A stretch of 64,000 bases of DNA from Mobula hypostoma (lineage: Eukaryota), in contig NC_086097.1 in assembly GCF_963921235.1 (NCBI RefSeq), positions 88,476,001-88,540,000 of the forward strand, given 5' to 3'. This document shows positions 51,496 to 64,000 of the stretch, in pieces (positions within the stretch are counted from its first letter, which is position 1; every line of letters begins with the position of its first letter). Made by a program: the position numbers and the translations under genes. The notes under the pieces were generated by a model. It was not told the DNA's origin. It saw only the letters and a program-made list of their open reading frames with translations, and ran no database searches.

Positions 51496-53449
51496 CCTGT
51501 TTCCTTTCCTCTCAACACCATCAACACTTTCAAAAGCCAAATCCTTGTTCTTTTTGAAAACGATTGACACATCTCTGTTTACTTCCTTAATCAAGCTGCT
51601 CATTTCAATCTGGGATCAGGTTCATGCTCCTGCTGCAGCATTGAACTGGCTCCAATCAGAATCACAAATGATGTTCTCAGTGAGACTGACAGTGGGGAGT
51701 TATACCTCTTCATTCCTTCAATCCTTTGACACAAAATCAGAATCACTAACTTGTATGATGTGAATTAGTTCTTTTGTGGCAGCAATACAGTGCAAAGAAA
51801 TAAATAAAAATCTATACATTACTAAAATAGGCGAACAGTACAAAAAAGCGAATAGTAGACCATTCAGAAATCTCATGGTGGAGGGGAAGGAGCAATTTCT
51901 GAATCATTGAATATTGGCCTTCAATCTCCTGTTGGTCCTCCCATGTGGTAATAACAAGAAGAGGGCATGTCCTCAATGGCGAGGAAACTTGTTCATGGTT
52001 TCTGTCCAGTGCTTCAGGTTTACTTTACCAAGGCTGTCCTCATAATGTCACTGTTGTCTCTAGATTCCTCTCCTTGGTGTTTTTTTTCCAATCTACATAA
52101 TGAATTGGACTCTTATTCACTAACATCCATTTGGTTCTAATACATACTTCGACCTCAGGTACTTATACCCATGCCCACTGACCCCCAGTAGCTGTCATGA
52201 CCTTGGTATTGAACATAGGAATATAAGAAAAACATCTTAAGCCTACCCTGCCACTCAGTTGCATTGTGGTTAACCTGACCTTAGCCCCAGATCTACATCC
52301 CTGTCTATTCTTCATTAGCCTTGACTCCCAAGTAGTCGTAAAAGCTGTCTGCCTCGGCCTTTAACATATAGTGACTCCTTCACACAATTATACAGGCCCC
52401 CTATTTCCACCTCTCTAACATCTGCTTCTGAGTGACTCATTAATTAATCCTTGTAAGAACAGTCAAATCAAAACATGCATACTGACACCATCAATCTCAA
52501 CCTTTCCTAGTTTTATAGTTCATCTCAACCTCTGCTATTGATTGTTCTGTCCTACACCAGATCCAGCTCTGATATTCTATGACATGAGTCACCTACTTTA
52601 AACTCATTTTCCAAGTGGGAAATGTTCTCCATTTGACAGTCCTGCTCCTGATCTCTCCCCACTCGATCTCTCCTGAGCTCAGAGATGGATGCTGGCCATA
52701 TCACTCCCTAACCACTGACTACCTTCCTATTCTTTCTTTAGGAGTCAGTTTTTTATGTATTAGATTAAACAGCAAGAGGCAGAGGACTATTGATCCATAA
52801 AGACAACAGCCTGTTCCTGCTGGACCCTCACCTTTATTCTGACAAGCGTAAGTGATCAATGATTGAAAATGAGAAACTCTGTCTTATGAGAATGAGAAAC
52901 TCTAGTCAATCTCTAGACTAGAGAAACTGAACCTAGCTGTTGTGATCACATTGCTGCCTCAGTTGAAATAATCTTGTGCAAGGAGTAGTACCTTCTTGGT
53001 CTAGGTGGTCTGCACCAACAAGGGCAGGTTTTTAATTCAGCAGTTGGGTCAAATATTACTTCAAGGTACAAAATTAAAACAGAGCAATAACAGGATTTGA
53101 AAAACTGGAAGTACTGACAGCTCTGTAGGACCCTCAGTTGGAAGAGAGAAATGTGCAAATTAAATACAGCGGGGAACAATGGAGAGGAAATTAAAGTGAA
53201 GGTTTCTTGCTGTATTGCTTTTCTTATGGATCATTCCTAATCACACAATGCTGGGGATCCCACTGTGTTTGTTATGTAGTCCCACGGGAATGCTGGCTCA
53301 AATCCCACAGGGTCAGAGAGTAGGATACTACATTTAGACTGTTCAGGGCCACATCAAGATGTAGGGAAACATTTCTTTTTCCCACCTGCATGTAATAGGC
53401 CGTTCACAATGATTACAAAGCAAACCATGCCTTCATGTTGGTGGCTTAA

Positions 53450-54074
53450 CATTGACTTCAAGAGGAGGAAACCAGAGGTCTGTAAGCCAGTCCTCATCAG
53501 AGGATCAGAGGTGGAGAGGGTCAGCAACATTAAGTTACTTGGTGTTATTATATTGGTGGGCCTGCCCTGGGCAATTACAAAGAAAGCATGGCAGCGCCTC
53601 TACTTCCTTAGGAGTTTGTGAAGATTCAGCATCACTTCTAAAATTTTGACAAACTTCTGTAGATGTGTAGTGGAGAGTACATTGACTGGCTACATCACAG
53701 CCTGGTATGGAAACACCAACACTCTTGAACAGAAAATCCTATAAAAAGTAGTGAATACGGTTCACTCCAACGTGGGTAAAGCCCTCCCCACCATTGAGCA
53801 CATCTACATGAAATGTCGTAGGTAAGCAGCATCCATCGTCAGTGCTCTCCACCACCTAGGACATGATCTCTTCTCGCTGCTGCCATTAGGTAGAAGGTAC
53901 AGGAGCCTCAGGACTCACACCACCAGGTTCAGGAACAGTTATTACCCCTCAACTATCAAGCTGTTGAACCAAAGGAGGCAACTTAACTCAACTTCATCAT
54001 TGAGGTGTTCCCACAACCAGTGGACTCACTTTCAAGGACTCTTCAACTTATGCTTTGGATATTTATTGCTCATT

Positions 54075-54105
<31 letters not shown>

Positions 54106-54312
54106 AATATTTATTTTTGTATTTGCACAGTTTGTTATCTTTTGCACAATGGTTGAATGCTCAAGTTGGTGCGGTCTTTCATTGATTCTGTTATGCTTCT
54201 TATTCTATGATAAATTTATTGAGTATGCCCACAAGAAAATGAATCTCAGGGTTGTATATGGTGACATATATGTACTTTGATGATTAATTTACTTTTAATT
54301 TTGAACTTTGAA
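53450..54312 (+). mobile_element. Rex1/Babar-type LINE 3' fragment
   Basis: IDFKRRK..IRGSEVERVSNIKLLGV..KKAWQRLYFLRSL. Shared 3' UTR and ttgaactttga end. Confidence 0.88.
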
Positions 54313-54379
54313 AATGGACTGCATATTGGGCAATCCTTCAGCACCATGTGATCTGATTACAATTTTGATTAATGCAGAT

Positions 54380-55650
54380 CAGTGGCTCCCAAAAGTTTAA
54401 GGTTACTGTTTCCTTGGCTCTCAGTCCACATCCCAAGCAGCCCCCTCACTTTTCAACCATTACCTAAAATCTATAAAGGATTTTGATTTATGATGCACAG
54501 TGAAAGAAAATAGGAACTGCAAATTCAAAGCAGTGACAAATAATCACAAAAAATTATTCAAATTTATTTAAAGCTACAAATAAAATAATTTAATTACAAT
54601 AAAAACAATTTTTGTCACAAATTTTAGATGTTTAATTTCTTGTTTTAGTTCCACAGTTTCTGGCTCAGTTTCTTCCTCTTCTTGTTTTCCTTCCAGCTTG
54701 ACATCAGACATTGGTGCTTTAGGAGCAGTCTGTTGAGGGTACATTGGTACAACTATTCACTGCTTCATTGTTTTTTTTTCACTTTTCAATGAGTTCTGTG
54801 GGCTTGGTGCAGTGATATCAGCTTCTCAACATCAGGCTGAATGTCACTCAGGAGTCTCAGATCCCCACGTTCGGTAATTTGCAATCTGTTTCATTGCTTT
54901 GAAAGAAGGTGGGCGACTGCACTGAAACTGCGCTCCATTAAATGTGATGTTGGAAAGGCAATAAAGAACATCTTGACCCTTTACCACAGTGCACGATAGC
55001 ATTCAGAGATCTCTTTCTGCAACCAAAAGTCTTGCTATGATTTTTTCGAACCTCAGCTTTAACGCTTAAAGTCATTTTGTAGTGACATCAGCTCTTCCTC
55101 CATCCTTCCTGTTACCAGCTATGGATGTATTACCCAATCTGGAATTTGGATCAAGCCAAAATCCTGAAATCTCTCTGACATGTCTTTATGCAGCTCGCCC
55201 AGGTGGGCATAGTATGAAGATCATCATCTGCTATTCTTACTTTCTCTTCCAACTCAGAGGTTTGGAAATTGGAAAAGGTCACAATGGCTCATGCTGCACT
55301 GGGATAGAAATATGGAGATGACTGGTTTGACTTAAGATGAGATTCACATCATTTCCTTGTAATTGAAGACCGAATTTATTATACTTCGTGAATATTTCTG
55401 ACAAGTAAGGAATGTTGTGCAGAATACTCATGAGTTATGAAGGGATTATAACCAAGAAGTAAAGATAGTTGTCTGACAAAGTTGACTCAACCAACAGTAG
55501 AGCATATCCTGTTGTCCTAAATATGTTGTGCAATGTGTTTTCCACACTCTCAGACATTTCATCTATTCATCTTTGAACAGAGTTGTCTCTGAGCAGAATT
55601 GCTTTAATTATTTGGTGACTTAGCAAAACCGTACTCGCAATCACCTATTA
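54380..55650 (-). mobile_element. hAT Charlie/Buster-type transposon remnant, internally deleted
   Basis: Minus translation IIKAILLRDNSVQR*IDEMSESVENTL..LLLVEST, then FIAFPTSHLMERSFSAV..KQ*NRLQITERGDLRLLSDIQPDVEKL..HQAHRTH* (hAT dimerisation domain). TIR cagtggctcccaaa at 54380. Confidence 0.85.
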
Positions 55651-55926
55651 AACAATCATTTATTGTTTAAGTCCAACCACAAGCACTGTGTTTAATAAAA
55701 ATTAGCTTTTAATGTTAAAATTAAGTCATAATTATAAATTAGCTACTTTGCTGACCTTAACGTGGACTGTAACTCTCTCAGATAGTTATTTCAAATATAC
55801 TGTATATGTGGATATTCATTTATACTTCTACCTCAATCTCATGTTTATATCTTCAACTAACTTTGTAAAATCTTCAAAACTTTTATTTAAAATCCAGTGT
55901 TGCAGTATTTTGTTTGCTGTTTGTAG

Positions 55927-56005
55927 GATGTCATCTCTATTATTTGATATGAAAGATCCTTTGGAATTGATTATTGATGGTTCATTTCAAAAAGACAATT
56001 TTTTT
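55927..56005 (+). CDS. Candidate internal coding exon (unidentified)
   Basis: Acceptor ttttgtttgctgtttgtAG, open frame MSSLLFDMKDPLELIIDGSFQKDNFF, donor TTT|GTGAGC. Confidence 0.35.
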
Positions 56006-57079
56006 GTGAGCAGTAAAAGGTTAAGATCGTGAATCCATTGTCGGGGTAAAAGTGAAGCAGAATTAATTGTAGTAATCAAAGACAAATTTGCTGGTATCTG
56101 TCTCCCTGTATGTTGGAATGGTCTACGTCCTTTCCTATCTTTGTTGCAAACCTCATGATATCATAATTGATTCCCTTTAAAATTATTTGATCAGTTCCTT
56201 TTCTCATTCTGTGTTCAAACTATACATCACAATTTTTTGCTTTAAATTTTACCCCCTCTGTGTCTGCCCTTATCTGTAACCTGTGTTTCATTTTAAGGTC
56301 TCTCAGCTCCTTGAATTTTTAAAGCTTTGAGTCATCTACAGATTTTGAATTCATGTCCCAGATACCCAGGTCTAGGTTATTGATTATACAGCAAGAAGCG
56401 CTGCCAGCCTAATACTGATGTTTGGGGACTACCGTGTGCCTAGTCCTATTTCACATTAAATTTAGCAAGCTTACGCAAGAGATAAAAATGTGATGTAAAT
56501 GAACTGACAATGCTTTTTCCAGTCGGCTGGACATGTTTCAGTGAAGTATATTTGTAAATATATGGGTGAGATAATTGGGCTTTGAAATGATGTGCCATTT
56601 CACAGTTGCTGAATTTAAAGCTTTAATGGTTAATTTCAGTTCTCTTTTTGCTTTGCCAGTTGTAAATTATATTTCTATCTACTGTATAGGTCACGATTTA
56701 GGCCAAGGAAATATAAAATTCAAAACAAAATTTCCAAATATTAGATTGAACCTGCTTTGGCATCAGGGGAGAAATGTGCTCTGTCACTTTGTTGAGTTCC
56801 CTGGAAGGCTTGTGGGGGGGGGGGCCACAAATTAAGTGCACTGCCAGGAATTGATTTATACTGCCTGATGGCAAATTTGATAGTCACTTTCAAAAGGGAA
56901 TTACAAGGATGTGCAAAGGGATCAGGGTATGGGATTAACAAGATGGCACTTCATTGGGCCAAATGATTTCTTTCTGTATTGTGCACTGATCTTTGATTCT
57001 TTAGCCAATGCATAAATATCTGATAGGATTTTTTGACTACGAAATTGGTGAGTGTCAACACTTATACTGGAGAATTTCT

Positions 57080-59605
57080 GGTATTTTTTTCCAAGGTTGG
57101 GGAATCAAGAAATAAAGGGCATTGTTATAAAGTGAAAGGAAAAAGATTGAATAGGAACATGATAGTCAACATTTTTACACAAAGGGTGATATATGTATTA
57201 CATATTATGTGGAGCGAGAACTGCAATGAAGAAGAATGTATAAACTTACTGTTTTTATGTTACATAACAGTGCATGTGATCAGCCATATGTGAACTCAAA
57301 TTCTTGCAATCGATCTGATACTGTACATCACTAACCCCTATAGAAGGGAATTGCCAAGGAAGGGAATAAGTGAGGTAAACTGAGAAATATGAAGTGTCTT
57401 GGTACGATCGACTAGCTGGCACAAACATGTAGACCGTCACAGGGGGATTGCTTCTTTCTCTGCGCCTTCCTGGGTAGCTGATGTCAAGAGCAGTGCAGTG
57501 TGAATACTCTCTTGATGAAACGTCCATTGGTTCATCTGCTGGGACACTGGCTTTGTCAGCAGAGGACCCTCCTGTAGCTTCCCCAGGTCCCCGCCAGTTT
57601 TCTGGTGTATGTGATCCAAATATAACCTGGCAGTTTATCCACTTGATAGCTCATGTTCTGCTGCTTGACCATGACAATGTCAGATGACAGCCAGTAGCCA
57701 GTTTTCTTCCTGTGAGATCTCTGGCACCAAACATTCATGGCCTGGTGTACATAATGTATTTTTGTTTTATGGCCTCTTGCTTGCCATAAATTCACTCCTG
57801 GATCACATCTGCTTTCTATAGTCACTCAAGTTCTTCTTCTACCTTTGCGCCCACTGCATACTGCACTGGGTGGCCTTGTAAAACTTTGGCTGACAGTTCT
57901 CCTTAAAGTTGAATTGAGCCTCTGGACCACAGTGTTGACCCAAAGTGTCAGCTTGGAATTCACTGTGGTATTCCCCCCCCCCAATGCAGTTGATACAGGG
58001 CAGCATCGATGGCGTCTTCTTTAATCCAATTTTTGTCCAGCAAGTTAGGTCTTTGCTGACCACATGCACAGGTAAGTGAAACAGGTCCGCACATCCACGC
58101 TATCCCCTGTGTAGCTGCGATTGGCGGTCATAATTTTTGAATCTGGTGTACGGATAGTTCACTTATCAAGGTGACGGCTGACATTATATACAGCTCATAT
58201 TTCATGGGCTGATTCTGCACTCTGAGTGTGACCAAATAAAGAGAATGGTTTTGGTAGCCCATGTCAGGGGTTTGGATAATAGTGCTCACTTCTTTGATCT
58301 GGCTATCCCCTTGCGTGGAGCTGATTGTTGAATTTTGCCATTTTCCAATAGCACGTTGCTTGGCAAAGCACACCTTCTCGAGATGCCCTACCTTCTGCAC
58401 AACAGGTAGACTGGCTTCTGGTGCTTGCAATTAGACCATTGGGCATGACTTTCATCATAGCAAAAGCTTCTCTATGGAAGTTTATGTGGAGACTTTAAGC
58501 TGTGGATTAGGGTCCACTGGAAAACATTGACATTTCAGGAGATGTCTTTTGCTCCAGTACTGCCTGAATCAGTGGTCATGGGTGTGTCTGAATCTCTTTT
58601 GACTCATTTCCAATGGCGAACTGTGGAGTATGTTTTGTCCCAGGACTAATTGTGCTTTTCAGATAGGAGGCTCTCCTCTGTCCTCACATCTTAGACTCCA
58701 ATAGTTTCAAATTTGCTCAGGGAAATATATCTTTGTACTTGCATTCTTGCACCTCTAAGCTCAGTCTTATGATGAAATTATCTACGTTCTGATTGGGCAT
58801 CTACCGTAAATATAACAACCTGAAGTGTGCCCTAAAGACATTGTCATACATTCCCTAACTGTTGTCCAAAACCCCAAACATTTCTGTCAGTTAGGATTTA
58901 TTCTGCAGGTACAGACCATTGAAGTATTTCTACTTGAGTTTTCCCATGAAGCAGCTTGAGTTTCATTTCTTCCCCCAGCATTGACACTGGTGTTAAAAGT
59001 GACAGGAGTTCGATGTGGTCCAGGAAGGTTGACTTCCATTATAGCCAAGTTCGAGAGGTTAGTTATGTCATAGCTGAAGGTCAAAATGGATCGGGTGCTT
59101 AGAGCAGAGCAGTGATTCTTGTTTAGATCCTCACTGTCAAAATGTTACATATTTTGCGGAGCAAGAACTACAATGGAGTAGTATAATTAAGCATTTTTAC
59201 TGAGACATGTTAGTAATGGTATACCCTGTGCAACTTACAGTGCAGGAGCTAGAAACTGGGTCCACCAAGACGAAAGACATGCACGTCGAAAGCCTTCGTC
59301 CAGAAGAGAGTGCCCTGTGTGTAGGAGGCCACGTGATCAATCCACTGCATGCACGCTCGCCGCATTCTCGCAATTGACCTGACGTGCTACAGTATGTATG
59401 TGGAATGAATTGCCAGAGCAAATGGCTGAGGCAGACAGTGAAAACTGTAAAACTGTAACAGGTGGTTGGACAAGTACATGGATTAGAAAGGTTGAGAAGA
59501 TTATGGGTCAAATGCTGATAATTAGGACGAGCTTAGATAGGCATTTCAGTAGATATGGACCAGTTGGGACAAAGGTTCTGTTTCCATGCTGTGCCGTGTG
59601 ACTGT
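57080..59605 (+). mobile_element. CR1 3' fragment split by the Gypsy insertion (57080-57195 and 59392-59605)
   Basis: SKVGESRNKGHCYKVKG..IFTQRV joins MWNELPEQMAEA. Confidence 0.8.
57196..59391 (-). mobile_element. Ty3/Gypsy LTR retrotransposon, internally deleted, both LTRs present
   Basis: LTRs 59143-59391 and 57196-57327 share both ends. PBS-like tttgacagtgaggat and PPT-like aggggttagtga. Gag knuckle KVGHLEKVC, protease-like VQNQPMKYELYIMSAVTLISE, RT start KENCQPKFYKA, integrase-tail YPGRRRERSNPP. TSD atatg/gtatg. Confidence 0.85.
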
Positions 59606-60368
59606 GATTCCAACTGCAAGATTCCTCTGCATATCCAGAAGACACTGCTGAAGGTACCTTGCCTTTCACAGGCTACCTTCTAGGCAGTCATCCGCAATAA
59701 GCTAGTGTCACAGACAATGTCAGTGTAGATCACAGCCTCTCACCCACTTCCTCTCAAAATCTGTTTTGGCCAATGCATGTTTTTAACTAGCTAGTGCAAT
59801 TCTCCGCAAATAAGGAGGAGGTAATCAATCCCCAAGCAGGCTTTCAGGGACATAAATTCCCAAGACCTGGTTGCTATGGGAAGTATAATTGAATCCCACT
59901 AATGGGTGATTCTCTTCCTTTTTGGTGAAGCCCACTCTCTTCAAATACTTAACAATTGAGTCTGGCTTGCCCTTCAATTTACAGTGGTTGTCTGGAATTA
60001 AAGCGATCCTGCTGAACTCTCTGGAGTTGTCCTCCACACTGTGACCCAAGAGGTCCTGGCTGTCTGTTTGTGGGTGCCTTCTTTCTCAGCATTTTCACTG
60101 AGTCCTGCCGACTATGTTGAAATGTAACCAAAAGTAAACAGGTTTCAAGAATTCAGAGAATGACCACATCAATCACATATGGTAGCACTTTCTAACTTCA
60201 TTCAAATATTGAAAAAGCAATATGTTACTAAAATATTAATAAAGCAATGCCCTTCTTTCCACCAGCCAGTCCACAGAACAATGGCTAGTTTGGAGATTTC
60301 GAGGGGCCCAGAACCAGTTTGTGATTTCAGTTCAAAATGAAGTCTGATGAGCTTGCTTATAGTTCATA

Positions 60369-61010
60369 CATTCAGTGACCACTTTATTAGGTACACCTGA
60401 ACACCTGCTTATTAATGCAAATATATAGTCAGCCAATCACATGGCAGCAACTCAATGCATTAAAGTATACAGACATGGTCAAGAGGTTCAGTTGTCCAGA
60501 CCAAACATCCCAATGAGGAAGAAACTTGGTGTAAGTTACGTTGACCATGCAGTGATTGTTAGTGCCAGAGGAAATGGCTCTCGGAAACCACTGCTCTCCT
60601 GGGATTTCCACACACAACAGTTTCTAGAGCAGGGGTTTTATGCCATGGAGCCTTACCATTAACCAAGGGGTCCCTGGACCCCAGCTACGTAACCTGCTCT
60701 GGAGATTACTGAGAATGGTGCAAAAAAAAACAACAACCGAAAATCTAGTGAGCAACAATTCTGTTGGTGAAAATGCCTCATTAATGAGAGGGGTCAGTGG
60801 AGAATGGCCAGACTGGTTCAAGCTGACAGGAAGGCGACAGTAACTCAAATAACCACAGGTTACAACAGTGGTGTGCAGAATAGCATCTCTGAATGCACAA
60901 CATGTCAGACCTTGTGTAAATGAGCTATAGCGGCAGAAGACCACACCGGGGTCCACTCCTTTGTCTACTTTATTAGATACATTTTTGTGTCTAATAAAGT
61001 GGCCACTGAA
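60369..61010. mobile_element. Tc1-like MITE (about 640 bp)
   Basis: TIRs tcagtgaccactttattag and ctaataaagtggccactga. Confidence 0.8.
60630..60696. mobile_element. Short hAT MITE nested in the Tc1-like MITE
   Basis: cagggg...aacctg flanked by imperfect 8-bp TSD ttctagag/ctctggag. Internal aggggtcc..gacccc is shared with 20811-20890. Confidence 0.7.
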
Positions 61011-61349
61011 GCCATTAATGAACCTGTGTGCTTCTTTCTTAATCTTATAAGCAACTGTCAGTTACATTTCAACAAAAGATAGGATTATTCATTACATCAG
61101 GATGGTGGAATTAGTCCCAGTTACTACTTCTGAAAAGTAGGTTTAACGTATCTATTAGCTGTTCTTAGTTCGGTCCAGCTCTGATAAAAGGAAAAGCATG
61201 ATGTCCTTACAGCTGCTTGCTTCATGGCCTCCTGATTTATCTGTTCCTCTTAATAAGCCTGCTTGCTTAGTCTGGATACTATCAGATAACACTCCATCTT
61301 TAATGCAGACATGATCTCAACCGTTAGAAGCAAAGAGACTGCTGGACAC

Positions 61350-61910
61350 TGACTGAGGCAGATACATGATTTGGAAGGCATCTGTCATGCTGGTCTTCAT
61401 TATTCAGACCATTGAATAGATGAGCAAGGAGATAATCTGCCAACATTAGTCAGACCTCAGCTGGTGTACTGCGTGCAGTTCTGGTTGCCAGTGCATAGAA
61501 GGGATGTAATAGTGCTCCAGAGAAGGTTCACCAGGATAGAGCATTTCAGGAGGGGCTGGAGATGGTTAAGAGGATGGTGTAAGTGAGGGGTATAAAAATA
61601 TGAGGGATATAGATTGAATGGAGTAGAGGAAGTCTTTCCCTTTATCAGAGGTGAATAAAACTAGATACCTTGATTTAAGGTGAAGGGTAAAAGATTTAGA
61701 GAGGATCTGAGGGGAGCTTTTTCACCCAGAGGGTGGTGAGTACCTGGAATACACTGCTGGGAAGCAGACTTAGTAACAGCATTTGAATTGCCTGGGCACT
61801 GAAGGCTACAGGACAATTGGTGGAAGATGGATGGGATTATACAGATGAGTGCTACTGGTCAGCATGGATATGGTGGGCTGAATCGCCTTTCCATGCTGTG
61901 TGATTCAATG
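61350..61910 (+). mobile_element. Old CR1 3' fragment
   Basis: ttagtcagacctcagctggtgtactgcgtgcagttctgg (LVRPQLVYCVQFW) and ttcacccagagggtggtg. Confidence 0.8.
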
Positions 61911-62029
61911 TGATAATAGTCTACAAATCAATTTTTCAGTTCTAAGAATTGTGGAAGCAAATTCAATATTTTTTTTAAAGGGAATTGATTATATTCCATT
62001 CAGAGCTTCCTGACAAGCTGCATCTCCGT

Positions 62030-62548
62030 CTGGTGTGGGAGCAGCAGGGCATCGGACTAGAAGTCCCTACAAAGGACTGTGAGAATGGCTGGGAGGATCA
62101 TGGGTTCTCCCTACCATCCATTGGGCACTTTTATGAGGACCACTGCATACACAGGGCCCTAGGTATTATCAAGGATCCCACCCATCCATCGGGTATGCTT
62201 TTCGACTTTCGACTTTTGACTTTCAGGCAGGAGACTCCAGTGCATAAAAACAAGAACGGTCAGAAAGGAAAACAGCACCTTCCCTCAGGCCATTAGGCTT
62301 CTGAACTCCCTGCCACAACACATTTGTCACAAATTAATTTCTTCTGTTCCCTACAATATTTAATTTATGTACTTCACTCAGTTTATATAGGTGTAAGTCA
62401 TTTGTAGATTTATTTCTTACTTTCATAAGTTATTGTGTGTTATGTTTACTACTGTGCTTTACACCCTGGTCCAGAGAAATGTTGTCTCATTTGATGGTAT
62501 ACATGTATATAGTTAAATGACAATAAACTTGGTTTGACTTGACTTGAT
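62030..62548 (+). mobile_element. Rex1/Babar-type 3' fragment
   Basis: SLPSIGHFY..IIKDPTHPS. Tail aataaacttggtttgacttgacttga. Confidence 0.8.
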
Positions 62549-62689
62549 ATGCATAGAAAAGGAAATATTTCCTAGGTGGATGGGGAAGAGTCAGGATTAA
62601 TTGCGTGCTTTTCACTGTTACAGTGATCTAAGTTTGTGGGTTCATGGCTGTTACTTGTGGAGTGCGGCAGGGCCATGTATGAAGCACGA

Positions 62690-63010
62690 CATTGGCACAG
62701 CCGGCAGAATTGCTGTCTCACAGCTCCAGTGACCCAGCTTCAATCTTCACCTCCAGTGGAGGTGTCCGTGTGGAGTTTGCTGGTTCACCCTGTGACTGCG
62801 TGGATTTCCTTCATGTGCTCTACTTTCCTCCCACATATCGAAGGAATACTGGCGCATGCCCCAAGAATGGAGGTAGATAGGTAGGGGAGTGGTGGAGATG
62901 ATTGGAATGGGGGCAGAATAAAAATTGGGGTTATTACAGATGGGTGTTTGCTGGTTAGAATCGAATTGGCGGGCCTAAAGGCCTTGTTTCCGTATTATAT
63001 GACTCTATGT
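62690..63010 (+). mobile_element. V-domain SINE (HE1-like)
   Basis: tRNA-like head. V-domain-like gtgtggagtttgc..ccctgtgactgcgtggatttcct..tttcctcccaca. CR1-like tail gggcctaaaggcc..tgactctatg. Confidence 0.75.
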
Positions 63011-63339
63011 GTCTTTGATTCCTTTGGTTCATGCACAGTCCTTCAACCAGAACAGCAGAGTATATGCTGACACACACGCACATGCACTTTTGTACAACAC
63101 TGAAGAAATTCAGTGGGTCAAGCAGCATCTACGGAGAGACATGGACAGTTGTTTCAAGCCGAAATCCTTCATCGGGAATGAAAAGGATGGGGACAGAAAC
63201 CAGAATAAAAGGGTAAGTGGAGGGAGAGGGCATGAGCTGGCGGGTGACAGCTGAATCCATGTGAGAAGAAGAAGGCAGGAAGTTGGAAGGGAGGGGGAGA
63301 AAGGGAATGGTGAGTTGGATAATCAATGTCAGGGTCTGT

Positions 63340-64000
63340 TAAAAAAGAGAGCTAGCTTTCAATCAAGACAATGATTTTAAAAGCAGAGCTTCTCTGCAGT
63401 TTCTCTGAATTGAGGAGCGACCTATCAGCAAGAAGCAGTGCGTAAAAAGAGCTATCTTTCAGTCAGGTCTGTGTTCAGGGTTTAAAAAGCAAAACTTTGC
63501 AGCAATCTTCTCTGAGTTGGACGATCAGCGTCAGGGGTACATAAAAAGAGCTAGTATTCAATCAGGGTGGCGATTGAGATGTTAAAGGTAGAGCTTTGTG
63601 GCAGTTTTCTGAGTTGGGCAGTGACCAATCAACAGGAGGGATTCTTTAGAAAGGACCAATAAAAATAGAGCAGGTAGAAGCAGAGCGGCCATTGTTTTGA
63701 GTGTGTCAGTGTTTAGAGTGGCTTTAGCTCATCAAGCTTGGGTGAGGTAAAATATCTTGTAAGTTACTCTCTTTCTGTTCTTATTTGTTAATTCCTCATA
63801 CTTTAGGGCAGAGTAGTGCAGTGAGAATGGCTCCAGGGACAGCGTTTTGTACTGCACGTAGGATGTAGGAAATATGCACCAGGTGCACGGAGCTGCAGCT
63901 CCTGAGAGAATGTATTAAGGAACTGGAACTGCAGTTCGATAAACTTCAACTCAAATGGAAGAATGAGGAGGTGATAGGCAGGAGCTATAGTGAAGTAGTC
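63340..64000 (+). mobile_element. CR1 5' end: putative 5' UTR and decayed ORF1 start (runs off the window)
   Basis: From 63827: MAPGTAFCTARRM*EICTRCTELQLLRECIKELELQFDKL..EEVIGRSYSEVV, the CR1 ORF1 zinc-finger/leucine-zipper N-terminus. Confidence 0.8.

Noticed and set aside
56419..56434. gtttggggactaccg as the second TIR of the hAT element
   Set aside because: It is a weak match and the flanking 8 bp do not match the left flank atgcagat.
63340..63645. Repeat-spacer pattern as a possible CRISPR array
   Set aside because: Whole ~100-bp units are similar and degenerate, the context is eukaryotic, and there are no cas genes.

Overview
This 64-kb window is AT-rich vertebrate nuclear DNA, not prokaryotic. 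The repeat set (CR1/HER1-type LINEs, V-domain SINEs, Rex1/Babar LINEs, Penelope-type hairpins) suggests a cartilaginous fish, probably a ray or shark; this is an inference. A large share of the window is decayed transposable elements: many CR1 and Rex1/Babar fragments, one 2.6-kb L1-clade ORF2 fragment, RTE and RTE-derived elements, Tc1 and hAT (Charlie/Buster) remnants and MITEs, an internally deleted Gypsy LTR element with both LTRs, and a probable ERV-type LTR. Several insertions are nested, with readable target-site duplications (TSDs). Nearly all ORF-track entries are TE fragments or spurious. I found no complete host gene, only a few isolated candidate exons that I cannot name, so the window may lie within large introns. 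I found no convincing intact novel system. The best leads are a decayed signal-peptide/N-glycan/TM-type ORF directly upstream of the ERV-like LTR (46.9-48.5 kb), dispersed hammerhead-ribozyme-shaped Penelope hairpins, and ~100-bp tandem monomers upstream of a CR1 ORF1. Most TE boundaries are approximate. Family calls come from motif recognition, not database searches.
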